DNA of 64,000 bases from Candidatus Saccharibacteria bacterium UBA5145 (GTDB lineage Bacteria; Patescibacteriota; Saccharimonadia; Saccharimonadales; UBA4665): NCBI GenBank assembly GCA_002413865.1, contig DHXX01000012.1, positions 20,241 through 84,240 of the forward strand. The letters are read 5' to 3'. The stretch's first letter is position 1. Each line of letters starts with the position of its first letter. A program made the position numbers and the translations under genes. Of the stretch, positions 27,869 through 38,777 are shown one piece after another. The notes beneath the pieces are model-generated. The model was not told the origin of the DNA. It searched no databases and was given only the letters and a program-made list of their open reading frames with translations.

Positions 27869-28410
27869 GTCATCCCAGCGCAGGCTGGGACCCAGTCAAT
27901 CAAGTAATCCGCTAGAAAGATCTTTCCAGCCCGGATTATTTTCTTCTATCAATTGTAGCTTCCAAATTCGCCTCCAAGCCTTGATATTCTTCTCTCGTCT
28001 AATCGCTTCGTCGACAAGTTCATAAGTTTCGTAGTGCACTAACTCGGTAACATTGTACTTTGTGGTGAAACTGGAATATGATTTTGAACGATGTTCGTCG
28101 ACGCGACGCGCCAAATTATTGGTAATCCTAGTATAAAGCGTTCCGTTGCGCTGGCTAGCTAGGACGTAGACGAAATACTGTTTCATGACAACATAATAGC
28201 GAACGCCAATTAACTAATTATTAAATGGTGTGCTTCCGCACGAATATTGACTGGGTCCCAGCTGGAGCCTGTGCTGAACTTGTTTCAGTGCTGGGATGAC
28301 ACCGTACTTTGTCATCCCAAACTTGATTGGGGATCCAGTCAGTATAAGGATTCTATTTTGACTGGGTCCCAGCGTTCGCTGGGATGACAAGAGGTAGTAC
28401 TGGGATGACA
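27869..28410. mobile_element. Putative GIY-YIG nuclease cassette bounded by family A palindromes, plus adjacent extra A pair
   Basis: Left arm 27869-27896, right arm 28250-28300, second pair 28311-28388. Confidence 0.65.
27896..28186 (-). CDS. Stand-alone GIY-YIG nuclease (96 aa); conserved YxG glycine appears as Arg
   Basis: YFVYVLASQRNGTLYTRITNNLARRVDEH...FTTKYNVTELVHYE...AIRREKNIKAWRRIWKLQLIEENNPGWKDL. Confidence 0.9.
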   Translation of the reverse strand: MKQYFVYVLASQRNGTLYTRITNNLARRVDEHRSKSYSSFTTKYNVTELVHYETYELVDEAIRREKNIKAWRRIWKLQLIEENNPGWKDLSSGLLD

Positions 28411-28418
28411 ATGTGCAG

Positions 28419-29471
28419 TTAGGGTTTGCCAGTAAGTTTCCACCAGCGGGCGCGCAGCGATCGGAGAGCTTTGGCGTTGGGCGGTAGGTCGTGGGTTAGG
28501 ATGCTCCAGATGTAAGCATCAGACACGGTGCGCGTTTTTTGGATGCGGCGGCGGGTACCGATGTTCTTGATCAGTAGCAGGGTGCCACGGGTGTCGCCTT
28601 GCAGGGCGATCCAGCCTTGGCCACGGCTGATGGCGCGCAGAAAGAACAGGGTCTGGGCGATCGTGAAGCGCCAGCCGACCCGCCACAAATATTTCCGCGG
28701 CATATTCTTAAACAGCACCAACTGCTGGTTCTTCATCGTCTGGTAGGTGGTAAAGCCCTTTAACTTGCGGCTGGTGGCACCGATCTGGTGGTAGGCTACC
28801 GCGGCGGGTACGTAGCGCACCTGCCAGCCGGCCAGCTGAGACCGGAAGCTGAGGTCGACATCTTCGTAGTAGGCAAAGAAATCCTCGTCAAACAGCCCGA
28901 TTTTCTTCAGCATGCTCACCCGGTACAGGCTGGCGCCGCCACTGGCCCCAAAAATGTCGGTTTGGTGCTCATGCTGCTTGGCGTCGGCCTCGCCGCGCCC
29001 ACGCGGATAGGGCAGGCCCCAGACGGTATACTGGTCGCCGGTGCTGTCGACGTGTTTGTTATCGATGCTCATGAAGGCGCAGGTGGCGATCCCGACGCTG
29101 TCGTCGTCCATAGAGCCGACCAGACCAGCCAGCCAGTCTTTGTCGGCCACGGCGTCGTTATTGAACAGCGCCACATAGTCGCAGCCTTGCTCGATGGCGT
29201 AGCGGATACCGACGTTGACGCCCCCGGCAAAGCCGAGATTCTTGGGCTGGGCCAAGACGGTGACACCAGGGTAGTGCTCGGCCAAAAACTCCACCGAACC
29301 ATCGGTCGAGCCGTTCTCTACCACAACGGTCAGATGCTTCTGGGTCTGGGCCATCAGCGAGTCCAAACAGGCTTTCAAGACGGCTTTCCCGTCCCAGTTC
29401 GGAACGACAACAGCTATCTGAGAGCCTGTTTGTACTTTTTTTTCGGCCTTGATACGTTCGACTTCAGTCAT
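28419..29471 (-). CDS. GT2 glycosyltransferase (rhamnosyltransferase-like)
   Basis: VVENGSTDGS, NLGFAGGVN, FNNDA, FDEDFFAYYEDVDLSFR. Confidence 0.9.
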   Translation of the reverse strand: MTEVERIKAEKKVQTGSQIAVVVPNWDGKAVLKACLDSLMAQTQKHLTVVVENGSTDGSVEFLAEHYPGVTVLAQPKNLGFAGGVNVGIRYAIEQGCDYVALFNNDAVADKDWLAGLVGSMDDDSVGIATCAFMSIDNKHVDSTGDQYTVWGLPYPRGRGEADAKQHEHQTDIFGASGGASLYRVSMLKKIGLFDEDFFAYYEDVDLSFRSQLAGWQVRYVPAAVAYHQIGATSRKLKGFTTYQTMKNQQLVLFKNMPRKYLWRVGWRFTIAQTLFFLRAISRGQGWIALQGDTRGTLLLIKNIGTRRRIQKTRTVSDAYIWSILTHDLPPNAKALRSLRARWWKLTGKP

Positions 29472-29497
29472 TTCTTCCTCTATAATACCGCAAGACG

Positions 29498-30298
29498 ATG
29501 AGACAATACGTATCTAAACAAAACCGAGCCTTATTGAGCGAGCTCGTCCGTACCGACTTCAAGCTCCGCTACCAGGGCTCCGCCCTCGGCTACGCCTGGT
29601 CCCTCCTCCGCCCACTGCTGTTGTTCGTGATCCTTTACGTTGTCTTCGTGAAGTTTTTGAAACTCGGCAACGGCATACCACACTATCCTGTCTATTTATT
29701 GTTCGGTATCGTACTGTGGAACTTCTTTAACGAGATGACGGTTATGAGCCTGGGATCGATAGTCGGCCGGGGTGACCTGATTCGTAAAATCCGTATACCG
29801 CGCTGGATAATCGTTTTCAGCAGCAGCCTATCGGCGCTCATCAACCTAGGCCTTAACTTGGTAGTTATTCTCGTCTTTATGTTAGTCAATCACGTTGATC
29901 TGTACCGCACAGCGCTGTGGCTGCCGTTAATACTTATCGAAATTTATTTATTCGCCCTTGGGCTTTCGTTGTTCCTGTCGGCCGCATTCGTAAAGTTCCG
30001 CGACATCGGCTATATCTGGGAAGTTATTATGCAGGCAGGTTTTTACCTGACGCCAATCCTCTACCCGTTATCCAGAATAACTAACGTAACACTGCAAAAG
30101 CTCCTCCTGTTAAACCCAATGGCCCAGGCCATCCAGGACGCACGCTACAGTACTATTACCCATGAAACCGGTACAATTTGGCAGGTTTTTGACGGTGGGT
30201 GGTATTATCTGATTCCGTTTATCATCGTCGCGGCCACGCTAGTTGGCGGTCTGCTGTACTTTAAGAGTCAGGCCGACAGCTTCGCGGAGAATATATAG
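29498..30298 (+). CDS. wzm: Polysaccharide ABC exporter permease (Wzm/RgpC-like)
   Basis: ELVRTDFKLRYQGSALGYAWSLLRP, FYLTPILYP, LNPM. Confidence 0.93.
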   Translation: MRQYVSKQNRALLSELVRTDFKLRYQGSALGYAWSLLRPLLLFVILYVVFVKFLKLGNGIPHYPVYLLFGIVLWNFFNEMTVMSLGSIVGRGDLIRKIRIPRWIIVFSSSLSALINLGLNLVVILVFMLVNHVDLYRTALWLPLILIEIYLFALGLSLFLSAAFVKFRDIGYIWEVIMQAGFYLTPILYPLSRITNVTLQKLLLLNPMAQAIQDARYSTITHETGTIWQVFDGGWYYLIPFIIVAATLVGGLLYFKSQADSFAENI

Positions 30299-31480
30299 AT
30301 GGATAATGAAACTGCAATCAAGGTAGACCATGTCAGTAAGACCTTTAAGCTTCCTCACGAAAAGAACAACTCCATCAAGGGTGTAGTTGTAAATTTTTAT
30401 AAACGCAAAAAAACATTTGAGACCCAGCAAGTCCTCAAAGACGTTTCGTTTGAAATAAACAAAGGTGAGTTCTTCGGTATTGTCGGTCGCAACGGCAGCG
30501 GTAAGAGTACTTTACTCAAAATGATAGCCGGCATATATGCTCCCAGTGAGGGAAATATTCATGTGAATGGCAAAATTACGCCTTTTATCGAGCTCGGCGT
30601 GGGCTTCAGTCCCGAATTAACCGGTCGCGAAAATGTTTTTCTTAATGGCGCTCTCTTGGGGTTCAACCGCAAAGAGATGGCAGCTATGTACGAAGATATT
30701 GTCGCATTTGCAGAAATTGAAAAATTTATGGATCAAAAGCTCAAGAACTATTCATCGGGCATGCAAGTACGACTTGCATTCTCGATTGCTATTAGGGCGC
30801 GTAGCTCAATATTGCTGCTGGATGAAGTGCTCGCAGTGGGAGATGAAGCATTCCAAAGAAAATGTTTTAACTATTTTGAAACACTTAAACGGAATAAAAA
30901 AACTGTAATAATTGTTACCCATGACATGTCCGCCGTAGAGCGTTTCTGTAGCCGGGCAATGTTCATTGAAGACGGTGAGATTAAACTTATAGGTAAGCCA
31001 AACACCGTTGCGGCTGCTTACAGCCGAAGCAATGACGAGAACTATAAAATCGCAAAAGTAGAGAAAATTGTCGAAGAAGTTCCGCAAGAAACATACGGCC
31101 TGACCATAACAACTAAAAACGACAGAGGCATCAGTACTAACAAGTTTACCTCTAATGATTTAATGACAGTTTCTCTAGCTTGGGATAACCCAGAGGTTAA
31201 CAACGCAAGCGTAACTATTATCAGACAAAGTGGAGAATGTATGTTTGGGACAGGCACATACCAAGACAAATTTGAGTTCAGTCTTCACGATAAGGTTGAT
31301 TATGAAGTTGCTCTTAACCTTCAAGAGGGCGAGTATTATCTTCAAGTTGGTCTGGGGCGCGAGGGGCAAGTAAAACCGGTTGTATTAATAAACAATGGGC
31401 CGAGTTTTGTAGTTAATAGAGACAAGTCCGATTCGCGATGGGATGGATTCACAAAACTGAAGCATGAGTGGAAACAGTAG
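30299..31480 (+). CDS. wzt: Polysaccharide ABC exporter ATPase with C-terminal Wzt_C-like domain
   Basis: GRNGSGKST, YSSGMQVRLAF, LDEVLAVGD. Confidence 0.93.
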   Translation: MDNETAIKVDHVSKTFKLPHEKNNSIKGVVVNFYKRKKTFETQQVLKDVSFEINKGEFFGIVGRNGSGKSTLLKMIAGIYAPSEGNIHVNGKITPFIELGVGFSPELTGRENVFLNGALLGFNRKEMAAMYEDIVAFAEIEKFMDQKLKNYSSGMQVRLAFSIAIRARSSILLLDEVLAVGDEAFQRKCFNYFETLKRNKKTVIIVTHDMSAVERFCSRAMFIEDGEIKLIGKPNTVAAAYSRSNDENYKIAKVEKIVEEVPQETYGLTITTKNDRGISTNKFTSNDLMTVSLAWDNPEVNNASVTIIRQSGECMFGTGTYQDKFEFSLHDKVDYEVALNLQEGEYYLQVGLGREGQVKPVVLINNGPSFVVNRDKSDSRWDGFTKLKHEWKQ

Positions 31481-33810
31481 AAATGTCCCAAAAGACATTA
31501 GCGTCTCCCATCTCAAACAAAGGTACTCTGGATGTTAGTGTAAATATTACCGCACATAAAGAAGGCTATTATATTCACAAGACAATAAAGGCAGCGGTGG
31601 AGTGTTGTGAGTACGCCAGAGTTCATGGATCTATCAGCTCGACGATACAAATTCATTTAGATAACCCTGATTCTTTAACCGAGCGAATCGTCGAACGCGC
31701 GATCACAAAATACCCCAACATAATAAAATATAAAAATAATTTTGGTGATCCATCCGTATCAAGAAATTTCCTGATTTCCAAATCGAAAAGTTCTTACATT
31801 CTATTTTGGGACGGAGACGATTTGTTTACGGAGAATTATATCTATGAGTCATATCGAGTGGCCAGATCTTATAAACATCCGTGCGTAGTATCCGCTAAGA
31901 ACATTATAAAATTTAATAATAATGTCGATCCGGTTGTCTATATGGCAGAATCAACACTCGATAAACCCGAAATTAAGTCTGCATTTTTCGAGACTAACCT
32001 ATACATATCACAAAACTTTGTGAGCACAGAGGTGTACAAGACCTGTAAATATGAATCTAATAACGACAACTACGGTTTTGAAGACTGGCACTGGAACACA
32101 AAGGTAATAAACGCGGGTTATGAATTCCTTGTTGCGCCGAATACATCATTTTTTTACAGGCAGAAGCCCGACGACAAATCACTTCTTAAAAAGCACACAA
32201 CATCTAATACCGTTCTTCGCCAATCAAGCTTATTTAAACCCGTCAAATTTCAGACGTTAACCCATAAAGAATATTACCGTGCCTCACCGCCAAAAATTGA
32301 AATTGCATACCAAAGCCCTATAAAAACTAAGGGCAGAGAAGTTCTGAATCGGATATCCCCAAACAACGGTGCCTTTTATCGTGGTGCAAAATTGACTTAT
32401 CGTACTATTCAAACCTCTGTAGCTCCGGCACTTCATCATCTAAGAAGTAAAACTAGTACATCACGCGAAGATTATTCTGCTATACAAAAGCCCCAAACGG
32501 AAACTCATAATAACAATAGTGGGGTGAAAAAATTTTTTGTAATAGAAGAAGAAGTAAAGTTTTGGAATAAGCTTAATAAGATCGAACCATTATTGTATTT
32601 CAGTAAATCTGTAATAGCAGGACTCCATGAATACAAATACACTTTTGAGCACAGTTTAGCTAGTGCGTATTATCTATTTTGTAAAACTTACGCAAAAAAG
32701 AAATTTACCGACATAATTTTTGTTCCATGGATAAACAAAGGTGGTGCAGACTTGGCAATTTTAGATTTGGCAAGGGTTCTAACGTCAAATGGAAGATTTG
32801 TGCTGCTAATCACGACTAGTGGCGTAGAGTCGCAATGGTATCAGGAAGCTGCAAGTATCAAGGGGCTAACAATCATACAGAGTCATGACAAAATATTTAA
32901 TGACTTAGACCATCTTAATATTAAACTTTTGTTTTTGCGTATTATTCAAAATTGGGGCATCAAAAGCGTTACGGTAATGAATTCTTCTATTGGTTTTGAG
33001 CTTCTCAATAGATACGGTAGGGCTATTAAAGATGCTGGGTGTAGAACCATAGTCCATAATTTTGCCTTTCCTGAAGACAACGGCCTAATGATCGAAGCGT
33101 TTCCTTCGTTTTCAGCTAGCCTAGAATTTATCGACTTTGTTATTGTAGATTCTTTGCAGCACAAACAATTAATCGAAGAAATATACGGGCTCCCAGATGA
33201 AATCATTACAAAGATACCTCTACCTATGACCGAAGGTCTGATTCAAAAAAATAGCAACCCCACAAAGAAAATATTATTCGCTAACCGTTTGGCGCGCGAA
33301 AAGCAACCCCAGGTAGCACTTGAGGTTGCCCGGAAACTTGCAAATGCCGGTATTCACATGGATATCTACGGTACTAAAGACGAGCAATTCTGTAATGAGA
33401 TTAAGTTTGATGAAGTAGTCGCAGATATCCAAAATGTCAGTTATAAAAAATCTTTCAATGGCTCAAAAGTATTGAATTTCGATGATTATGACATCTGTTT
33501 TATGCCCTCGCTGTACGAAGGCATACCACGGATTGCTCTGGACTCCATAAAGGCTAATCTTTTTGTAGTCTGTACTTCTGTAGGGGGGTTGCCGGAAATA
33601 GTAATGGACGGAGAAAACGGAATATTATTACCGTCCAATGCAACCGCAGACGATTTTGCTGATGCAATAATGAAATATTACAAAACCCCATCGCTTCAAG
33701 ATATTAAAAAAAGAAAAAGCTTTAATAGTAAGATTGTTGGGTTGCATTCTTACGAATATCATAAAACGCTTCTAGAGGGTATATACCTGGATAAGAACGA
33801 GGGCCGATAA
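31468..33810 (+). CDS. Bifunctional glycosyltransferase (GT2-like N-terminal plus GT4-like C-terminal)
   Basis: FWDGDD and FEDWHW; later GGAD, RLAREK, PSLYEGIP..VGGLPE; visibly AT-rich. Confidence 0.8.
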   Translation: METVEMSQKTLASPISNKGTLDVSVNITAHKEGYYIHKTIKAAVECCEYARVHGSISSTIQIHLDNPDSLTERIVERAITKYPNIIKYKNNFGDPSVSRNFLISKSKSSYILFWDGDDLFTENYIYESYRVARSYKHPCVVSAKNIIKFNNNVDPVVYMAESTLDKPEIKSAFFETNLYISQNFVSTEVYKTCKYESNNDNYGFEDWHWNTKVINAGYEFLVAPNTSFFYRQKPDDKSLLKKHTTSNTVLRQSSLFKPVKFQTLTHKEYYRASPPKIEIAYQSPIKTKGREVLNRISPNNGAFYRGAKLTYRTIQTSVAPALHHLRSKTSTSREDYSAIQKPQTETHNNNSGVKKFFVIEEEVKFWNKLNKIEPLLYFSKSVIAGLHEYKYTFEHSLASAYYLFCKTYAKKKFTDIIFVPWINKGGADLAILDLARVLTSNGRFVLLITTSGVESQWYQEAASIKGLTIIQSHDKIFNDLDHLNIKLLFLRIIQNWGIKSVTVMNSSIGFELLNRYGRAIKDAGCRTIVHNFAFPEDNGLMIEAFPSFSASLEFIDFVIVDSLQHKQLIEEIYGLPDEIITKIPLPMTEGLIQKNSNPTKKILFANRLAREKQPQVALEVARKLANAGIHMDIYGTKDEQFCNEIKFDEVVADIQNVSYKKSFNGSKVLNFDDYDICFMPSLYEGIPRIALDSIKANLFVVCTSVGGLPEIVMDGENGILLPSNATADDFADAIMKYYKTPSLQDIKKRKSFNSKIVGLHSYEYHKTLLEGIYLDKNEGR

Positions 33811-33811
33811 A

Positions 33812-34780
33812 ATGGCTAAATGTATAGTTTTTGGAGCAACGGGCTTTATAGGCAGCCACTTAGTTAAGAAGCTGCTTGCGGATGGGCATGAGGTTACTAC
33901 CTTTGGCCGCAGAAAATATGATCCTGAAGCTCCAGATAATACAAAGTTAACACAAATTATCGGGGACTTTCTAAACGGATCTGATATAGACAACGCAGTT
34001 GCCGGGAATGAATATGTTTTTCATTTCGTGACGCTTACGAATCCGGTTAGTTCCGACTCGGATCCGTTTATTGATATTGAAACGAACGTAAAAATGACGA
34101 TTGTACTTCTAGAGGCTTGTGTGAAGCACGGCGTTAAGCGAGTAATTTACCCCTCAAGCGGGGGCTCTGTATATGGAGACGCAAAAAGAAGCCGGCATAA
34201 GGAAACCGACCCCACTAATCCGATGTCACCTTATGCAATTGGTAAAAATACCGTCGAGAATTACTTGCGCTATTACCACCTTAAGTACAACTTGGACTAC
34301 CTATGCCTCAGGGTTTCAAATGTCTATGGTGAAGGACAAGAGCTTGGCGGCAGCAACCACGGAATCGTTGCCGTATTCCTCAATTTAATTTCAAACAGCG
34401 CTAAACTTAGTATATTTGGTGACGGTTCTATGGGCAGGGATTACATATATGTTGAGGACTTCGTAACTCTAGTTGCCCGAATATTCGATATTAAAAAGTT
34501 GAACTACACTACATACAATATCGGTTCGGGCGAAGGCAGGAGTATATTGGATGTTGTTTCGACAATTGAAAACACTGTCGGCATAAAAGCAAAGCTAGAA
34601 TTCTTGCCAGCCCCCAAATCATTTGTACAAGCTGTCGTCCTTGACTGTAGTCGCGCACAGAATGAATTTGGAGAGTTTATGTCTGTGCCATTCGAAGATG
34701 GCGTGCGCGCAACATGGGACTATATGTCGAACAAAAAACATCCCGACAATGGCGACCCACTTTTAAGGGACGAAAATTGA
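33812..34780 (+). CDS. NAD-dependent nucleotide-sugar epimerase/dehydratase
   Basis: GATGFIG, SSGGSVYG, YAIGK, NVYG, RDYIYVED. Confidence 0.9.
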   Translation: MAKCIVFGATGFIGSHLVKKLLADGHEVTTFGRRKYDPEAPDNTKLTQIIGDFLNGSDIDNAVAGNEYVFHFVTLTNPVSSDSDPFIDIETNVKMTIVLLEACVKHGVKRVIYPSSGGSVYGDAKRSRHKETDPTNPMSPYAIGKNTVENYLRYYHLKYNLDYLCLRVSNVYGEGQELGGSNHGIVAVFLNLISNSAKLSIFGDGSMGRDYIYVEDFVTLVARIFDIKKLNYTTYNIGSGEGRSILDVVSTIENTVGIKAKLEFLPAPKSFVQAVVLDCSRAQNEFGEFMSVPFEDGVRATWDYMSNKKHPDNGDPLLRDEN

Positions 34781-34808
34781 TAGACAAAGTAATGAATCGG
34801 AGCAAATA

Positions 34809-36647
34809 TTGAAGAAAATTGCAAAGAGTGCTGCACGACTTACAGTGTTGAATATTAGAAAAGCGATTGCAAAAAACCCTCGTTTAAAAAACTCCATTAA
34901 ACGCGTAATAATTGCACAATTAGCGTCATCGAAAAACAAAAATACCCACATTGACTGGCTTAGTAAAAATTTGCCGGACTTCATCGACCTTATCGGCTTA
35001 AAAGCCTCGAGTGACGAATTGAGATTCAGACCACTAATCTCCATTATTGTCCCGACTTACGACACTGACATCGATTTTCTGCACGAATGCATCGATTCTG
35101 TCCGGGCACAGGTTTATGAGAATTGGGAGCTTTGCATCGTCGATGACGCATCGCCAAGCAGTGAAGTCCGCAAAGAAATTCAAGCGTACGCTGAAGCCGA
35201 CGAGCGCATCAAGTACAAATTTCTTAAGACCAATCGCCACATTGCCGGCGCGACCAATGCCGCCATTGAGCTCGCGACAGGAGATTTCATAAGCCTGCTT
35301 GATCATGACGATATTCTGTGGCCCAATGCTTTGTACGAAGTCGTTAAGGCGTTGAACAAAGACAAAACACTCGATCTCATATATACCGACGAAGACAAGA
35401 TAACCGAGGATCGCCACGAACACATCGGGGCATTCTTTAAGCCTGATTGGAACCCGGATTTCCTAAAAAGCGTCAACTATATCACGCACTTTGCGACCCT
35501 AAGTAAAGGGGTACTTACAAAAGTTGGCGGGTTGCGCGAGGACTACAACGGCGCCCAGGACTGGGATTTGTTTTTGCGGGTGACCGACGCCACTTCAAAA
35601 GTTCACCACATACCGAAAGTCGTTTACAGCTGGCGAGTCCACGATGGGTCGACGGCCAAAGACACCAACGCTAAGCCGTACGTCGTCGAGGCGCAACGTC
35701 GTGCGCTCACTGATGACTTGGGGAGAAAGGGAATTACCGACGCCAAGGTCGAGCGGGATAAAAAACATACCGGCTACTGGAATGTGACCTACCCCGTGAA
35801 GGGCGCACCACTCATCTCGATCGTCATCCCCAGCAAGAACCAATACAAAGTAGTTAAACGCTGCATTGACTCAATCTATGCAAAGACAACTTATGCTAAT
35901 TTTGAAATAGCTCTTGTTGATACGGGCAGTACCGATAAGAAGGTTTTGAAGTGGTATCAGAAGCTGCAAAATCAGCACAGTAACTTTACGCTCGTGAATT
36001 GGCCCGAGCAGCCCTTTAGCTATTCGCGAAGTTGCAATAAGGGAGCCGAGATTGCAAAGGGTGAGTTGCTAGTAATGCTCAACAATGACACCGAAGTTTT
36101 AACTCCAAATTGGCTCGAGCTGATGGCGGGTGACGCCCAGCGCAAAGAGATTGGAGCCGTTGGCTGTCTGTTATTCTTCCCCGATAAGATTCACATCCAA
36201 CATGCCGGCGTCGGGGTTGGTTTGGGCGGTGTGGCGGCGAATTCTTTCTCGATGATGACCCTATCGCAGCCCATGACCCAAACCCAGCACCTGATGCTGA
36301 ACACCAAGCACAACATGACGGTAGTAACGGCCGCCTGTCTAATGATTCGCAAGGAACTATTCACTACAATCGGTGGCTTTGACGACGCTCTGCGGGTCAC
36401 CTACAATGACGTCGACCTCTGCTTAAGGATTTACGACGCTGGATATCAAAACCTCTATACGCCGCACGTGCGTTTGCTGCACCATGAATCAATCAGTGTT
36501 GGCTTGCCGGGTGAGATCAAGAAGCGCGACACGACAGAATTCCGGGCCGCCAAAAACCTATTCATTAAACGCTGGGCCAAATACGTTGAGCATGACCCTA
36601 ATCTCAATCCCAATCTGAATAAAGATAACGCTTTTTACGACGTATAG
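34809..36647 (+). CDS. Double-domain GT2 glycosyltransferase
   Basis: LLDHDD, YTDEDK, GAQDWDL; second domain LNNDTE, VTAACL, YNDVDLCLR. Confidence 0.9.
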   Translation: MKKIAKSAARLTVLNIRKAIAKNPRLKNSIKRVIIAQLASSKNKNTHIDWLSKNLPDFIDLIGLKASSDELRFRPLISIIVPTYDTDIDFLHECIDSVRAQVYENWELCIVDDASPSSEVRKEIQAYAEADERIKYKFLKTNRHIAGATNAAIELATGDFISLLDHDDILWPNALYEVVKALNKDKTLDLIYTDEDKITEDRHEHIGAFFKPDWNPDFLKSVNYITHFATLSKGVLTKVGGLREDYNGAQDWDLFLRVTDATSKVHHIPKVVYSWRVHDGSTAKDTNAKPYVVEAQRRALTDDLGRKGITDAKVERDKKHTGYWNVTYPVKGAPLISIVIPSKNQYKVVKRCIDSIYAKTTYANFEIALVDTGSTDKKVLKWYQKLQNQHSNFTLVNWPEQPFSYSRSCNKGAEIAKGELLVMLNNDTEVLTPNWLELMAGDAQRKEIGAVGCLLFFPDKIHIQHAGVGVGLGGVAANSFSMMTLSQPMTQTQHLMLNTKHNMTVVTAACLMIRKELFTTIGGFDDALRVTYNDVDLCLRIYDAGYQNLYTPHVRLLHHESISVGLPGEIKKRDTTEFRAAKNLFIKRWAKYVEHDPNLNPNLNKDNAFYDV

Positions 36648-36706
36648 ACGCCAAAATCGGTCACGATTGTTTAACTACTCGTATTTGGGATTGCTAAGAG
36701 AATAGG

Positions 36707-38305
36707 TTAGGAGGATTTCTCTTCGTGGTATTCTTTTTCAACGTTTACGTCCCATATGTTGTCCTTGTCTTTGCGCCCTGCAATGATATTCTGGACCGAA
36801 GTCATTGCGGTTAGCATTGAATGGTCCTGGTTGTTGTAACGATGCATACCGTTACGACCAACTAGGAATAGATTCTCGAAAGAATCAGTAAATTTACGGA
36901 CTTCGCTAAAGCGGCTGTAGGTACCAAAGTATGCTGGGTATGTCTTCTTGATTCGGATAACCGTGCTATCGATGACGTCTTTTTCGTCTATAACACCGAT
37001 ACTTGCCAGCTCTTTGATGCCAAACGCAGACATATCCTTGTCTTTCTTAGTCCAGAACTCATCCCCTTCGTTCACGAAGTATTCCATACCAACCCAAACG
37101 TTGTCGCTATTTTTGACGAGATAGGGGCTCCAGTTATTGAAGATTTGTAAACGTCCAACCTTAACATTAGGTTCCTGAATATAAATCCAGTTGTCAGGTA
37201 CGACGTTATTCTTAGTTTTTCGTTCAGTCTCGTTTTTTATTTTAAGTTTTTTCATAAGTAAACCGACAGTTATAAAATCTCGATATGGTAGGCCGGCGGC
37301 CACTTCTTTTACGTTTTTTGGAACTTTAATGCCTTCAAACGAGGCGATAAGTTCGTTAACTGGCATGGTTGAAAAGAAATAATCACCCGAAATCTTTTTA
37401 GTTTTTCCGGTCTCAGTGTCTAAAACATCAACGGCTAAGATCTTACCTTTTTCAGCATGAATCTTGGTAATAGCACGGTTTTTCGTAACTATACCGCCTT
37501 TTTTCTGGATGATCTTTGTAACTGTTTTCCACATGTGACCAGGTCCAAGCTTAGGGTAGAGAAAGTACTCAATCAGACTTGTCTCGGTATCTTTTTGTGA
37601 GATATCACCCTTACGCTTGGGGGTGACTGCTTTCTTCAGAGCGTGAGTGACTGCTTTAGTGACTGATAAACCTTTTACTCGTTGTGCTCCCCAGTCGGCC
37701 GCGATTTCAGAGCAGGGAACACCCCAGACTTTCTCGGTGTAGTCGCGAAAGAAGGTGTTATAAAGCTCTCGGCCAAAACGGTTTACATAAAAGTCTTCCA
37801 AAGATTTCTCTGGAATTGGCTTGATTCGTGCTTTGACGTAGCTGACTCCCATTTTTGCAATTCTGCCGACACCTAGGTTTTTGATGGTCGATGCTTCCAG
37901 GGTGATTGGATAATTAAAGAATTGCCCGCCATAGAATATACGGCTCAGGCGGCTCCTGACTAGCATTACATCGTTAGTTTTTGTTGGGTCTGCACCATCG
38001 CCGCCGGCTATTTCTCTAGACTTGCCCTGATAATTGAGCGTGAATGATTTCGAAGCGTCTGTCTTCTCGATTGGCAATATATTGTGCCACCACTGCATAA
38101 CTGTATCTGATTTGCTGAAGAAGCGGTGCCCACCAATATCTATACGATTGCCTTTATAATTAACGGTTTTCGATATGCCGCCGATTGCCGGTGAAGCCTC
38201 AAATACAAGGGGCATGATGTTGGACTTATGTAGCAACTCATAAGCGGCCGTAAGGCCTGCGGGACCAGCACCAATGATGATAGCTGTCTTTTGTTTAGAT
38301 TTCAT
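36707..38305 (-). CDS. FAD-dependent oxidoreductase of glycan loci (UDP-galactopyranose mutase/protoporphyrinogen oxidase-like fold)
   Basis: [40 protein letters not shown]; start taken at MKSKQ (38305). Confidence 0.8.
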   Translation of the reverse strand: MKSKQKTAIIIGAGPAGLTAAYELLHKSNIMPLVFEASPAIGGISKTVNYKGNRIDIGGHRFFSKSDTVMQWWHNILPIEKTDASKSFTLNYQGKSREIAGGDGADPTKTNDVMLVRSRLSRIFYGGQFFNYPITLEASTIKNLGVGRIAKMGVSYVKARIKPIPEKSLEDFYVNRFGRELYNTFFRDYTEKVWGVPCSEIAADWGAQRVKGLSVTKAVTHALKKAVTPKRKGDISQKDTETSLIEYFLYPKLGPGHMWKTVTKIIQKKGGIVTKNRAITKIHAEKGKILAVDVLDTETGKTKKISGDYFFSTMPVNELIASFEGIKVPKNVKEVAAGLPYRDFITVGLLMKKLKIKNETERKTKNNVVPDNWIYIQEPNVKVGRLQIFNNWSPYLVKNSDNVWVGMEYFVNEGDEFWTKKDKDMSAFGIKELASIGVIDEKDVIDSTVIRIKKTYPAYFGTYSRFSEVRKFTDSFENLFLVGRNGMHRYNNQDHSMLTAMTSVQNIIAGRKDKDNIWDVNVEKEYHEEKSS

Positions 38306-38318
38306 TTGGAACTCCTGG

Positions 38319-38732
38319 TTAACTAAATATAAATTTTTTACGAGCGCCAAAATTCCAGAAATAGACAATAACGGTAGCAATCACCTTTGAAGTAACATAA
38401 TAAAGAACTAGGCCACTAACTAAAGCCCACATTATCAAATCCGTTAGGCCTAAACCAATCAGCCCGATTATAGAGAAGATAATGAAGTCACGCCATTGAT
38501 TCTGTGAGCTTGAGTGGTGAAAAACCCAATAAATGCTTAAGCCATAGTTTAATAGCAAGCCTGCTACAAAGGAAATGGAAGCGGCTAGAAGGTAATTGAT
38601 GTGAGCGTATTGTACCAGTATCACAAGCCCGACAAAATCTACAGCGAGTGCTGCAACGGACACAATACCGTAGCGCAAAAACTGCACACGTAAATCGGTA
38701 GACCTATGGATAAGTAGATTTTTTAGCCTCAT
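38319..38732 (-). CDS. GtrA family flippase
   Basis: QFLRYGIV, four TM helices, [21 protein letters not shown]. Confidence 0.88.
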   Translation of the reverse strand: MRLKNLLIHRSTDLRVQFLRYGIVSVAALAVDFVGLVILVQYAHINYLLAASISFVAGLLLNYGLSIYWVFHHSSSQNQWRDFIIFSIIGLIGLGLTDLIMWALVSGLVLYYVTSKVIATVIVYFWNFGARKKFIFS

Positions 38733-38777
38733 CGATTGGATTGTATCATACTATGCCACTACTGTAATCTATGCCCC

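Noticed and set aside
28788..29501. 237 aa plus-strand ORF and similar antisense ORFs over virB4, dnaA, rfbA, manC and glmS
   Set aside because: Antisense shadows of GC-rich genes with clear motifs on the other strand
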